Origin: Cladosporium halotolerans
Lineage: Eukaryota
Direction: 5' to 3'
Assembly: GCF_011745625.1 (NCBI RefSeq)
Contig: NW_027191476.1
Location: 248,001 to 312,000, forward strand
Length of the DNA: 64,000 nucleotides
Under the pieces are notes generated by a model. That model saw only the letters and a list, made by a program, of their open reading frames with translations. It was not told where the DNA came from and made no database searches. The position numbers and the translations under genes were made by a program. Shown here one piece after another: positions 11,766-23,403 of this stretch (within the stretch, counting starts at the first letter, position 1; every line of letters starts with the position of its first letter).

Positions 11766-14658
11766 ATGTCTGGCCCGTATCAAGCAGGACACAACTATCA
11801 AGGCAGCGTCATCAATGGCGGCCGCAACCACTTTGGCGACTATCATCACTACGGGCCTTCGCCTGATCAGCGGGCTTTGCAGACGCTCATTGACAGCCTG
11901 AGTTACCCGGGCATGAAGGATCGCAGGGACGCTTTGTCTGAAGCGTCGAGGGGAACGTACGAGTGGGCTTTTCTGGAGGGTGAGAACGAATTTTGGAACG
12001 GCCGCTGGTCTGGTCCTGACGGAGAAGTCAACGACTCATCCAAACCAGTCAACATGAACTTCAAAGCTTGGCTTGAGGGCGATGGAAATGGTCTGTTCTG
12101 TTTCATGGGCAAACCTGGCTCAGGAAAGTCAACATTGATGTAAGTATATCATTGGCAGGTGGTGATATCCAGGAGTACCTTCTGAACACGGTAGGAAACA
12201 TCTGGACAGCAGGCCCGAGATGGATGGTCTCCTGCGCTCATGGGCTTCCGGCAATACACTCTTGAGAGCAAGGCACTTCTTCTGGCTGACAGGCCCCTCT
12301 GCGTCGAGAAGCCGTGAAGGTCTTTTGAGAAGTCTCCTCTCAGACATTTTTCGCGGTCTATCCAGGTCGGAAAGCCCCGCTGCTGTTGAAGAATTGAGAC
12401 AAATATGTGGATCTAGATGGGGCGTCCCAAGCAGTGATCGGTGTTGGAGGATTGAAGAACTTAAAGCCATCCTGCAGGGGCTGGCTTCGTCCTCGAATAC
12501 AAAGCTCTTCCTTCTCGTCGATGCTCTGGACGAGTGCGAGCCACAGGATCATCTGAGAGACCTTGCGGACGACATCCTCTGGATTTCAAAGTTGCCTAAT
12601 GTCAAGCTCTGCATCTCATGTCGGCCTTGGATTCAATTCACTGGTAAATTCGTGGGATTTCCGGTCCTGTACTTGGACGAGTTGACCTATCAGGACATGG
12701 AAATTTACCTGAAAGATCGATTGGAGAAGTCAGAAGGAGACGTTGACTTGCATGATGATTTCCGACAAAGTACTGTGCTGGCTCGGCGCCTCATACAACG
12801 GACTGTTTGTGCTGCAGAAGGCGTCTTTCTCTGGTTAGAGCTTGTCACGAAGGCGCTTGAGTGCGAACTGAACAAGGGGAGCCCGTTCAAGGAAGTAGAT
12901 CAAGTTGTTACGGACTTCCCCGTCAATCTCAACGATTACTTCCGGAAACTCATTTACGAGCGAATCCCGAGAAGTGGTAAAAACTTATTGGACACCGCAG
13001 CCGTGCTAGAGCTTGCATGGCTGATCGCAGAGAATCCAGACGAGTATAGTTTCGGCCCAACGAACTTCGTGAATTTCTGGCTTCTGTTGAGTGGCCGCCT
13101 GGAGCGCGGGTTTTCATGGTCATGCACAATGGATCTGCGGGACTCTCAAACGAACATTAAGCGGATGTTTAAAGAAACGAAGGTCTTTCTTGCAGAGACT
13201 TGCAAAGATTTACTCGTGATGCCTCGTGCATTCAGTGACCACGAGCTGGAATTCCTCGATGTTGAATTCATTCATCGAACTGCGTTCGACTTCCTAAACG
13301 ACAATCGCGCCAGCTTCGATCTCCAGAACCATACTCCAGAGCATTTTTACAAAGAAACTTTTCAGCGTGAACTCTATAAAATGCGTTGTATATGCCTGTT
13401 GAGCGTGAATGGTACAGATTGTTCATTCGCAGAATACATTTTGGCCGATATCATCCTTCGCGCTGGATTTGACTACGATGTCGACGATGACGACGACGCA
13501 TTCCTATCTGCTTGCGATGACATCTCAGCCTTGCGAGTCCAGCACAAATGTAATTGCTACGGATTGGACCACCTTGGGGATTCCATGGAAGCCCCGGTGG
13601 ACTTCTTCATAGGATACTTCCCCAAGTATGCGCGGGAATTGTGTAATCAGTGGCCGCACTTGATTGTAACGCAAAATGAGCTGCCGAGTTTCACGGCAAC
13701 GACAATTCGCGAAAGAACAGGCGCTACTTCCGGCATGGCTCTGCTCAATATTTGTCTTCGCTCCGGTGTCAGTCCGAATGCCCTAACGCATTGGCCGCAC
13801 AATGGTGACACCCTAACCGATCAAACAAATTGGCAGGCCTGGTTGCACGACTACCAAGAGTTTTTCCTCAATGTTAGCAGTGAACATCGCGGTCGTTTCC
13901 ATGGTCTAGGCGATGAATGGAAAAGAGACTTCGTTGTCATGATGTTGAAATTTGGCGCCGACGCAACTACTACGGTGTGTACCCAAGACCATGGCTCTGG
14001 AAAATTAGCATCCTGTCAGATGCAGCCGCTTGGTGCCGCACTCAGTTCAATGTTCTCATCAGAAGATCAAGCAAAGCTTGAAGAACTCCGACTTTCCTGT
14101 TCGCAAGCATCGGTCCGCTATCATTCGCAACGCAAGCGAAGACTCAGAGCCCTCAGAGCCTTGCGTTCATGGGAAGAGAAGCTCCTCGCCAATACGGGCT
14201 GCGCTGAAATAAACCTCAACCATCCAGAGAGGCAGTCACAGTTGCAAGGAGTCCGATACAGGTTTCTCGAAAGTTTCATAGGCTTCGACAATTATACTGA
14301 CACGAAGTGTATGGCCGCAGGATGCACCAAGCCAACGAGATTTATGGTGTGGTGTATCGACTGCGAAAGCTATTGTCGAGTGTGCGAACGATGCAAATTC
14401 GATCCGACTGGATTCCAGATACTCGCTGTATTGTGCGAGAAGTGGCAATGCCCTAGTGTCCCACCCACGCACGAACATGCCAAAATCGTTCTGGACCTTT
14501 GGTTGTCTCCTGACGGACCTTACGTTCCCGATGACACAGAATATGGCGTAGCGAGCGCAATGTCCGAGTTGAAAAGCTGGTTTGACAAGGTCATCGCGGA
14601 GGATTCGACAATTCTCGACAAACTGGACGACGATCTTGTCATTGAGCAGGATAAGTGA
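11766..14658 (+). CDS. NACHT-domain (fungal NLR-like STAND) protein with a short G/N/H/Y-rich N-terminal motif and Cys/His-rich C-terminus
   Basis: Exons 11766-12139 and 12195-14658 (GTAAGT...AG intron) restore Walker A GKPGSGKSTLMK. Walker B LFLLVDALDEC, KLCISCRPW, AEGVFLWLELV and VEFIHRTAFDFL are typical fungal NACHT motifs. Confidence 0.88.
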
Positions 14659-14767
14659 TGACTCCTGGATGTACACTGCCAAAGATCCCAACAAACCCGG
14701 AATGTTGCGGAGAGCATTACCAACGGCAGACAAAACCAAGACCCAACTCTGAAGCAACCCACCTCTT

Positions 14768-17504
14768 TCAAATCCTAACCCTCGCCCCAATCCCCCCACC
14801 CACAAACCAAACCTCCTGCACCCACCTCTCAATCCTCACCCCGACTACCGCCTCGGCGCCCAACCTCAAACTCCCCCCCAGCGCCCTCTTAATAGCATCG
14901 TACCCGACGCTCCCCAAACTCCAATCGACCGGCAGCCGTGGCGTCGTGATGCCGTTCCCGTCCTCGTCCACAGGCGGGACCTCGAACGGCACGTCGTACA
15001 AGATCTTGCCGGCCTCCTGGTGTTTGTAGATGGCGGTGGCGTTGATGGAGGTGACGTAGAGGGTGCTGGAGCGGAGCGGGGAGAGGAGCGTGAAGGTCGC
15101 AGAGGAGGTGAGGAGGTGGAAGGTGGCGTCTTCGATGAAGTGCGGGCCGTTCTTTTTCTTTGGGTCGTCGTCGTCGTCGGGAGGGGAGGAGGGCGGGGGT
15201 TCGGAGGAGCCGAGGCGCGGTGTGGGGAAGGTGATGGGGAACTGGGAGAGGGCTCGGCCGAGGGCGGGGAGGGCGGGGATGGTCGCGTTGTGGGTTTGTA
15301 ACGTGAGAGTCGTGTTCCAGCCGGAGATGTATTGGCTGAGGAACTCGCGGCCGACGGTGGCGCCTGGTTTGCCGCTGAGGGTGAGAGGGTCCCAGATGGC
15401 GGTGACGGGAATATTGGTGTTGTTGCCGGGGCCGACGTTGAGGTCTTTGACGGTGGCGTGGCCGAGCAGAGTGTTGTTGTTTAGAATGTTGATGTCGACA
15501 TAGGGAATGGTAGCGGAGTAGTTCGTAGGGTTTGTGAGATTTACGAGGGCGGAGATAGTCAGCGACGATTCGGTGGTGTCAATGATACTGAGGTTGAAGA
15601 CTTTGGGTTGTAATTGACGCTCGACGGCATCGCCAGTGCCGTTGCCGCCTCGCGAGATGGCTGTTACACATGGCTTAGCTACAAATTCTATCTTATGCGT
15701 ATAATGATAAAGGAAAAACGAACAATCTTTCTCATAACATCGTAAAAAGGAGGCTGCTTGGTCATGACCTACGTTTGATCGGTACCTGCCCTTCCGCGGG
15801 GATTTTTCTGATGGCGAATGCACCTAGTGCGGTCTCCGTCTCGACGTCGACCTCGGCTTTGATGTCCATGAAAACGCTCTTGCTGCCAAAGAGGAGAGCT
15901 TGCACCACGTCCGTGAAAACATCGTTGTCGGTTATTTCCAAGGGTGCCTCGTTGATTTGCGATTGAACCAAAAGCGAAGGTCCATCGTCCTCATCGTCAG
16001 GTTCAAGACGGGTGCTGTTTGCTTGCTGCCATTTGTGAAGATTGAGTTTGCCCAGCTTCTTCTTCTTGTAGAAGACATCCGCGTCTGCCCGTACGCGACC
16101 AACCGAGATGTTGAAGTTCATTTCCTCAGGTAACGCGACGATCGCCTTGATGTTTCCACTGATGCGAGGGTTGGACTCTGGCGAATTCGGGTCGGCGAAG
16201 GGGTCCGGTAGACCGAAGTGAGTGTCGTCAAGAGTGAAGTTCTTAATGAGCGAGCCGAAGGTTCGACCTGGCAGAGACACGGGGACGGTGATATCTTTCA
16301 TCAGGTCCGCCACCCACTGAGGAGTGTCTTCCGACGGCGAGTCTGACCCTTGGACGTAGATGGTAGTGTCCTTGCCGCGCATATATTTTCCTATGATGGC
16401 ATCCAAAGGGGATTCATGCGAGCCAGGACAGGCTTGGATGAAGTTGTCTGGCAGCTGTCGAACAGTTCCAGTGACGTTCAATTCCACATCGTGCTGCGGA
16501 CGGATGTGAATGTTGTGGGTGAGCGCATCGGCAAGCATAATGTAAGGCTCGTTCTTCTGACAGTTGTCGACCAGAATGCCGAATCCAAGAGGCGGAATGG
16601 TGAAGTCGACCGGGTACTTGTTCTTCACAAGTAGCGCCACATCAGCAGCCATTCCCTTTCCAGTAGGGATCTCGACTTCGCGGAAGTTGAGCTTCTCGAT
16701 CTTGTACCGTGGAATGGTAGGGATGTCGTTGTTGGCGAACGTGATCTCCTGCTCGATTAATTGCTTCCCTAGGCTGAAGATTCCAGACTTCAGAGGCACA
16801 TTTGCCTTACCCAGGACACGAAGCTGACCCAGCCGGCCATCAACCCAGTCTTTGGCGATTCTCCTAATCCCGTCCACGTCGCCGGGTTGAAGGTCGCTCA
16901 GGAAGTCGACGTGTGTCTTGTGGCCGTTGCGAATGCTGACTTTGATGGGAGGTACTTCGGCCGTGCCCAGCACGACGTTTCCGTATTCCGGTAGCGACAC
17001 TTCGACGTCGCTCTCTCCGGTCTTGATCTCGCTCGCAAACCATGTCGCAAGCCGACCCATATTTCGCACGTTCTTCTGCTCTACCTTGGACGCATCCAGC
17101 ATAAAATCGCCTTGTACTCGCGCCTTCACTCCATCAGCCGTGAATGAGTCTATCGACAGGCTTGTCGGCTCGAAGACGACGGCCTGCTGCGCATATTTCT
17201 CAACAATGGAGGGTGTAATAAATGCGAACACCATAATCAATACGGCCAGTACGCATAGCAGCAACAGCGCCAATAGGCTGGGCCATCGTCGCTTTGAGCT
17301 CTTCAAGTCGCCGCTGCTTCGTCGGCTGAGCGCGCGGAGTAGGCCGGATGCGCTGTGCTCTCGTTGAGGCTGACTTTGATCGGGTGCTTCGAAAGGTGTG
17401 TTTCCTGAAAGGAGAGGAGTCTGTTCCGATGCGGGCTCAGCCTCTACATCTTCGCGTACGGGATCCCGCCCGCGGGTGGCCTCGTCGGAGGCATTGGTAG
17501 CCAT
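14768..17504 (-). CDS. TAG1/DUF3712-like single-pass vacuolar membrane protein
   Basis: ATG 17504; exons 17504-15773 and 15660-14768 (intron 15661-15772). N-terminal dileucine signal EQTPLL, one TM helix (RRWPSLLALLLLCVL...), then long beta-rich repeats. Confidence 0.75.
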
Positions 17505-17846
17505 TGTGGTGGTGTGTATAGTCGTGTGGGTCGGATCGAATCGAGTGGTGTTGCGCTGTGCGATTACTTGGGCTTCAAAATCTCGCGCATTCTCCCTCCA
17601 GATAATCAAGCGATGTGATGAAGCGTGAGGAGTGAACGTTGGTGAAGGAGGGAGCGAACAGGCACCGATGATGCGGCAGAGAGACGTGCTCGGCGCGGAC
17701 AGGGCGGGCCAGTGGCTGCGCTCGCTGCGATCGCTGACGTCCGCTTTGGGAAGCCGGGGAAGTGGGGAGAGCACTGGCCAGGTCAGAAGAAGGGTCGAGG
17801 TCGGCGAAGTCGGTCAATAATTCGAGCTTCAGACTAACAATCAACC

Positions 17847-17853
17847 TGACTCA
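17847..17853 (+). promoter_or_regulatory. Gcn4/CpcA response element upstream of ARG3
   Basis: Perfect TGACTCA ending 108 nt before the ARG3 ATG; arginine biosynthesis genes are classic cross-pathway-control targets. Confidence 0.6.
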
Positions 17854-17960
17854 CGCACAAGACGGTCAAGAGCCAGTACATCAAGCCATTGGCCTGTCAG
17901 GCACATCTTCGAGACCTCATATCTACTACAGAGGGTCAATTGACCATTAGACCTCCCGTC

Positions 17961-19061
17961 ATGGCCGCCGCACGCCTTCTTCGTCCTTCCCAGAACTGCC
18001 TCCGAGCTCTCAACCGAACACCTGCAACCCGTTCATACACCACCTCCGCCTCAGGAACGCCTCAGACCTCCCCCTTCGCACCGCGCCACCTCCTCTCCAT
18101 CGCCGACCTCTCACCTCAAGAACTCACCACCCTCGTCCGCAATGCCTCCGCCCACAAAATTGCAGCGAAATCCAACAGCCTGTCCAGCGACTTCAAGTCC
18201 TCGATGGCCGGCCAAACCGTCGCCATGACCTTCTCCAAACGCTCGACCCGCACGCGCGTCTCGACCGAAGCAGCAGTAGCCATGATGGGCGGACACCCCA
18301 TGTTCCTGGGCTCGCAAGACATCCAGCTGGGCGTCAACGAGTCGCTCTACGACACCTCCGTCGTCATCTCGAGCATGGTCTCGTGCATCGTCGCGCGCGT
18401 GAATGGACACAGCGACGTCGCAGACTTGGCAAAGCACAGTTCCGTTCCCGTCATCAACGCGCTGTCCGACCTCTACCACCCGCTACAGACGATCGCCGAC
18501 TTCCTGACCGTCCACGAGGCCTTCCCCACGACGCAGACGAGCAACGCCGCCTCGCTCGGCCTCGAGGGCATGAAGATCGCCTGGGTCGGCGACGCGAACA
18601 ACGTGCTGTACGACCTCGCGATCGGCGCGCAGAAGCTCGGCGTCGAGATCTCCGTCGCGACGCCCAAAGGCTACGAGATCCCTCCCTTCATGCGCGAGAT
18701 CATCAACGGCTCGTCGCCGACGGGCAAGCCGACCCTGACCGAGACGAACGTGCCCGAAGAGGCGGTGAAGAACGCGGACATCATCGTGACGGACACGTGG
18801 GTGTCGATGGGCCAGGAGGAGGAGAAGGCGAAGCGCCTGCGCGACTTCGCGGGCTTTCAGGTGACGAAGGAGCTGGCGCAGCGGGGCGGCGCGCGCGAGA
18901 ACTGGGCGTTCATGCACTGCCTGCCGCGCAAGCCGGAGGAGGTCAGCGACGAGGTGTTCTACTCGCCGGCCAGCTTGGTGTTCCAGGAGGCGGAGAACAG
19001 GCTGTGGGCGGTGCTGAGCGCGTTCGAGGGGTTTGTGGTCAACAAGGGCAAGATTGCGTAG
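17961..19061 (+). CDS. ARG3: Mitochondrial ornithine carbamoyltransferase
   Basis: FSKRSTRTRVS carbamoyl-phosphate motif, HPLQ, AWVGDANNV, TDTWVSMG, FMHCLPR, AENRLW; Arg/Ser-rich presequence from ATG 17961. Confidence 0.97.
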   Translation: MAAARLLRPSQNCLRALNRTPATRSYTTSASGTPQTSPFAPRHLLSIADLSPQELTTLVRNASAHKIAAKSNSLSSDFKSSMAGQTVAMTFSKRSTRTRVSTEAAVAMMGGHPMFLGSQDIQLGVNESLYDTSVVISSMVSCIVARVNGHSDVADLAKHSSVPVINALSDLYHPLQTIADFLTVHEAFPTTQTSNAASLGLEGMKIAWVGDANNVLYDLAIGAQKLGVEISVATPKGYEIPPFMREIINGSSPTGKPTLTETNVPEEAVKNADIIVTDTWVSMGQEEEKAKRLRDFAGFQVTKELAQRGGARENWAFMHCLPRKPEEVSDEVFYSPASLVFQEAENRLWAVLSAFEGFVVNKGKIA

Positions 19062-19291
19062 GTCATGTGTGTATGAATAATAGAAAGTAATAACGTGCAC
19101 AATCATGGGCGGTAATTGAAACAGTGTTGTCTGAGTTTTCGTGGTACATGGGGGGTTTTGGGGCTGCGCTACTACAAGGTGGCTCCCTGGCCTGGATTAC
19201 GCCGAGAACGCAGGAACGCTTCGAAAATGGTGCGTAGATACAGCAAAGCGAGAAATGACAAAGAAGAGCAGAAAACTTTGTTTCATCTCGC

Positions 19292-20346
19292 TTAGCCAGG
19301 GGGTAGGGTGCTCTGGTCGACAACGTCCTCGGCGTCCTTCTCCTCGATCTCGCTCGGGCCGTGAAGAGGCGAGCGGGGAAGAGCCATGAGACCTGAGAGG
19401 GGATTATCAGTATGTGTGAATTGACAATATTAGAGTGACTGGATTCCAAAGATGACTCACCCGTCCTTGCACTCTCCAGAATACCGAAGGGAGCGATAAG
19501 CTTCATGAAGCTGTCGATCCTCGTGGGCTTGGCAGAGACCTCGACAATGCAGTTGTTGGTGCTGATGTCCAGAACCTTGCCGCCAAACTGGTGGGTCAAG
19601 TGTGTGATGTGCTCCAAGTGCTGGTTCTTAAGACGCAGGGCCTCGGAGGGCGCCAGGTTGCGCGGGTGGTAGTCGACCATCTGGGCGCTCTGGTGAGCCT
19701 CGAGCTGCTCGGGCGTCATGTCCTCCGTCGCGAGAGAGTTGTGGTAGGCGTCGGCGTCGGTCATCTCGCGGTGGTGGGCGAGCAGCTCCTCGAAGTACTC
19801 GGGACCGAGGATGGAGATCTTCGCGAGCAGAAGCTCACGCTGCACAAGCGGCGCCGAGGTGTAGTCCAGCACAGCCCAAACGGGGACAAGGTCCTCCAGC
19901 TGGCGGCGTGCTTGCTCGACGACGCCATCCTGGCCCTGCAGCACGATGGTCATGCGCGAGAGGTCGGCAACTTCGGTCGAGCAGACGACGAGTGAGTCAA
20001 TGTTGAAGCCGCGCGCGGCGAGAATGCCGGACACGCGCGACAGCACACCGGGCTCGTTCTGGACCAGGCAGTTCAGCACATGGCGGTGGCGCGGAGACTG
20101 CGAGGGCAGTGGTGTTTCGTAAAGGATGCTCGAGACGGCGGCGGCGGGCGAGACGCTGGGAGGCTGCGGCGCGGCGGGCAGAGGTTGGATGCGACGATGC
20201 AGGGCCTTGTAGGCAATGGCAGAGGTTGAGGACGATTGGCGGGTCTGGCGGAGGGCAGGCGCAAAAGCCTGTCTCGGGGTGCTCTGGCAGAGCGAGGCGT
20301 CAGCCTGCAGGCCTCGGAGGGCGCGCAGCGATCGTCTTGAAGCCAT
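19292..20346 (-). CDS. ILV6: Acetolactate synthase regulatory (small) subunit, mitochondrial
   Basis: ACT domain HVLNCLVQNEPGVLSRVSGILAARGFNIDSLVV. Intron 19393-19460 restores ESARTGLMALPRSPL...STLPPG*. Confidence 0.95.
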
Positions 20347-20651
20347 TGGTGTAGTGGGAGTGAGCTTGGAGGACTCCCTCTCGCGATGGTGTATGAGTAG
20401 ACGGCCTTGCTCAGCAGCTTTTCGAGCTCCGCTGTCGGCTCTCGACCTCGGCGCACAGACAGCGGGACGATGCGTCGCGGATCTGGGGTAGCCGCGCTCG
20501 TGGCTGCGAGGCTGGTCGGCAAGGCGAGGAAGGCAGGCCGACGCTAGAATCTTTGCCCGACCAGCATCAATGCCGAAGCCTGTCACTGCCGCTGCCTCTG
20601 CTCTTCGACCCTCCCTCGTGCAACACTCAAACCGCGAACAGACCTGCCACC

Positions 20652-22735
20652 ATGAGCGACGAACCGCGCAAGCGCTCGCGCTTCGACCAGGCCGAGCCCG
20701 ACCCTCCGCGACGCAGCAAGTTCGACCGCCGCTCACGCTCCCCGCCCAAGCGCGACAGTGAAGGTGCTACACGTAGTCGCAGCCCCGTCGCGAAGAGCGT
20801 CGAGGGATCAGGACCCAGGAGGGACGCGGCAGCTGCGGCAGCTGAAGCCGCGGCGCGTATTAACGCCCAGCTGAGCCAGAAGAAGGCGCCGCAGCATGTC
20901 GATGTCCCGCCGATTCGTGCAGTATGGCCCAGACCTCCCCCAGCAAGTGAAGTGAAGTGAGGGGAGCGACGCGCTGACCAGATCCTCCCAGACAAACTCT
21001 CCCAGTGTCGCCCCGGGCTCTGCAAAGTCGCCCTCCGCTGCCGCCGATAGTGGTACCCTCAACGTTGAGATCTACCAGCAAGATGGTGACTACATTAAAG
21101 ACATCGAGGTCAACGACCTGCGCAACCGCTATACCCTGACCAAAGGCAGCACTCAGAAGATGGTAAATACACACTCTTGCACCTCTGACCCACTGATACT
21201 TCCAGGCCCTGCCTGCCCTCCCTTCCAATCCCGCACAATCACATTTATACATGGGTTTGTGTCAAACGTTTGGGGAGAAATGTCATATGCTCACTTCTAG
21301 TCATGAAGCAGCCGCCGATCGCGCGCTCCATTTGCATAAGCTGACCTCGTGGCATCTAGATCAAAGAAGAGACTGGCGCTGGTACGCATCCGCCCATGAC
21401 CGATTTATTGATTTGCATAGGACACGACTTGCTCACATGTTTCAAGATGTCACGACCAGAGGAAATTATTACCCGGACAAGAAGATGGCTACCCCTGCGG
21501 TAAGTTTGAGTGTGCCATTCGGTAGCTGATTAACATGCGCTCATTCTCCCTAGAACCCTCCGCTCTATCTTCACGTCACCAGCACGTCGAAGGAAGGCCT
21601 CGAACTCGCCGTTCAGAAGATCGAAGAGATGATGAAGCAAGAGCTTCCTAACCTGATTGACGAACGCCGATTCCGTCGCCCACGCGAAGCCGAGCCGCAG
21701 GTTGAGCGCGATCACCTTGGTCGTCGCAAGTGGCCGGAAGAGCGCATCCCGATCGACCTCGAACCCATCCCCGGATTCAACCTCCGCGCGCAGGTGGTTG
21801 GTGCTGGAGGCTCCTACGTCAAGCACATCCAGCAAGAGACAAGATGCAGAGTTCAGATCAAGGGAAGAGGAAGTGGGTTTAAGGAGCACGATACTGGGAT
21901 CGAGAGTGATGAGCAGATGTACCTGCATGTTGCGTGAGTGGCATTTTGCCTGTGCATACATGTCTGAGCATACACTAATGATACGCAGCGGCCCCGATCC
22001 TGCTGAAGTCGAAAACGCCAAGCAGATGTGCCTTTCACTTCTCGACTCGGTCAAGGAATCTTACGCAGCCTTCAAGGAGCGTCCTCCCCGCGGTGGAGGT
22101 GGTTACGGTGGCGGCTACGGCAGCGAAGAACGCGGCGGCTATGGCGGCCGTGGACGTGATCGCGACAACGGGTCCTACGGTGGCGGATCAAGCTACGGCG
22201 GCGGACAATCCTACGGCGGAGGAAGCTCCTACGGTGGTGGCTACGGTTCGCAGACTCCCGGCGGCTACGGTGGCGGCGCCCAGTCTCCTCCCGCCGCAGC
22301 AGCCGCTGCAGCATCAGCCGCCCAACCTCCTGCTGGCGCCGCCATGACGCCCGAGCAACAGCAGCTCAACGCCGCCTGGGCAACCTACTACGCACAGAAC
22401 CCGCAGGAAGACCCGTACGCGGCGTACGGTGGTTTCGCTGCTGTGATGGCCGCATACGGCGGCGGCATGGGCGGCACCCCTCAGGCGGGCCAGTCCCAGC
22501 AACAGCAGTATGCCGACTACTACCAGAGCCAGATGGCTCAGGCCGGTACCCCGACGCAGAATGGCGGTGGTGCCCCGCCGCCTCCGCCCCCCGACGACAG
22601 CTCTGCTCCTCCCCCTCCGCCGCCTGGTGGTCCTCCTGGAGCAGGCGGGTACAGTCATGTAGGTCACTTGGCTGAGCCAGTTGATGATTTTGTGTGCTGA
22701 CTTTTGTATAGGTTCCGCCACCTCCTGGCATGTAA
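20652..22735 (+). CDS. KH-domain RNA-binding protein (KHDC4/BLOM7-like, splicing-associated) with Gly/Tyr-rich and Pro-rich tail
   Basis: Exons 20652-20921, 20992-21162, 21360-21381, 21447-21499, 21554-21933, 21989-22658, 22712-22735. Motifs DIEVNDLRNRYTLTKG, ADVTTRGNYYPD, PPLYLHV, VVGAGGSYVKHIQQETRCRVQIKGRGSG. Confidence 0.88.
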
Positions 22736-23188
22736 TAGGCGAGCTTTGGCAACAGGATGGCAGGATTGTTTGTCAGCGGGTGCATAGGATCAAAGGAGGT
22801 TTGCGATGGTCATGGCTGGGGAGGCAGTGTTTTATACGATTGAAATTGCAGAAGGTGTGAATGCAAACACAACGTGAACTTTAAATGGTACCATTTGTCT
22901 TGTTGGGATAATCGCGTCCGAAAGGACATACGACAATAGATTGGAGAAGTGATGAGCTCGATTGTCTCAGGCTTGTCAATCTCTGATATTGCAGCTGCTC
23001 TCATCTTCGACGCAGATGGACTCAACCCAGGGTAATACCTCACCCACTGCTCAACATTGCGAAAGAGACGTTCAGGATCCCAATTCTGTGTCAAACTGAT
23101 CTCCTCCACCATGTATACTGTGAAGATGTGCTCCACAATCTCTGGTCCGGTCTACTTCCAAAGCAATCGCGGCAGAGAAGAGGTTGGC

Positions 23189-23205
23189 AGGGTTAGGGTT
23201 GGGGT
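23189..23205 (+). promoter_or_regulatory. Telobox-like (TTAGGG) element in the MPP10 promoter
   Basis: AGGGTTAGGGTTGGGGT about 200 nt upstream of the MPP10 ATG; exact reverse complement at 62773-62789. Confidence 0.4.
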
Positions 23206-23403
23206 GAGCAGCAGATCAGATAAGATCAAAATTCTCCACACCTCCTCCGCAAGCACCGAGACTTTTCTTCTACGCAAACCGCCGCTCCGCCGCGACTATC
23301 AAAGCTCTAGCACAAACCTGCGCCGCCACACTCTGAGCGCCATTCGAACGACTAATTCTTCTGCCTGCGACTCGTTCGCAAACCAGGAGTACACCCCGCC
23401 AAA

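Noticed and set aside
17961..20346. ARG3 and ILV6 adjacent as an amino-acid biosynthesis cluster
   Set aside because: The genes are convergent and in different pathways; the TGACTCA at 19453-19459 is simply the ILV6 intron donor (GTGAGTCA) read on the other strand.
22810..23136. 108-aa minus-strand ORF between the KH gene and MPP10
   Set aside because: No motif, splice or codon-bias support; cannot be distinguished from a chance ORF.
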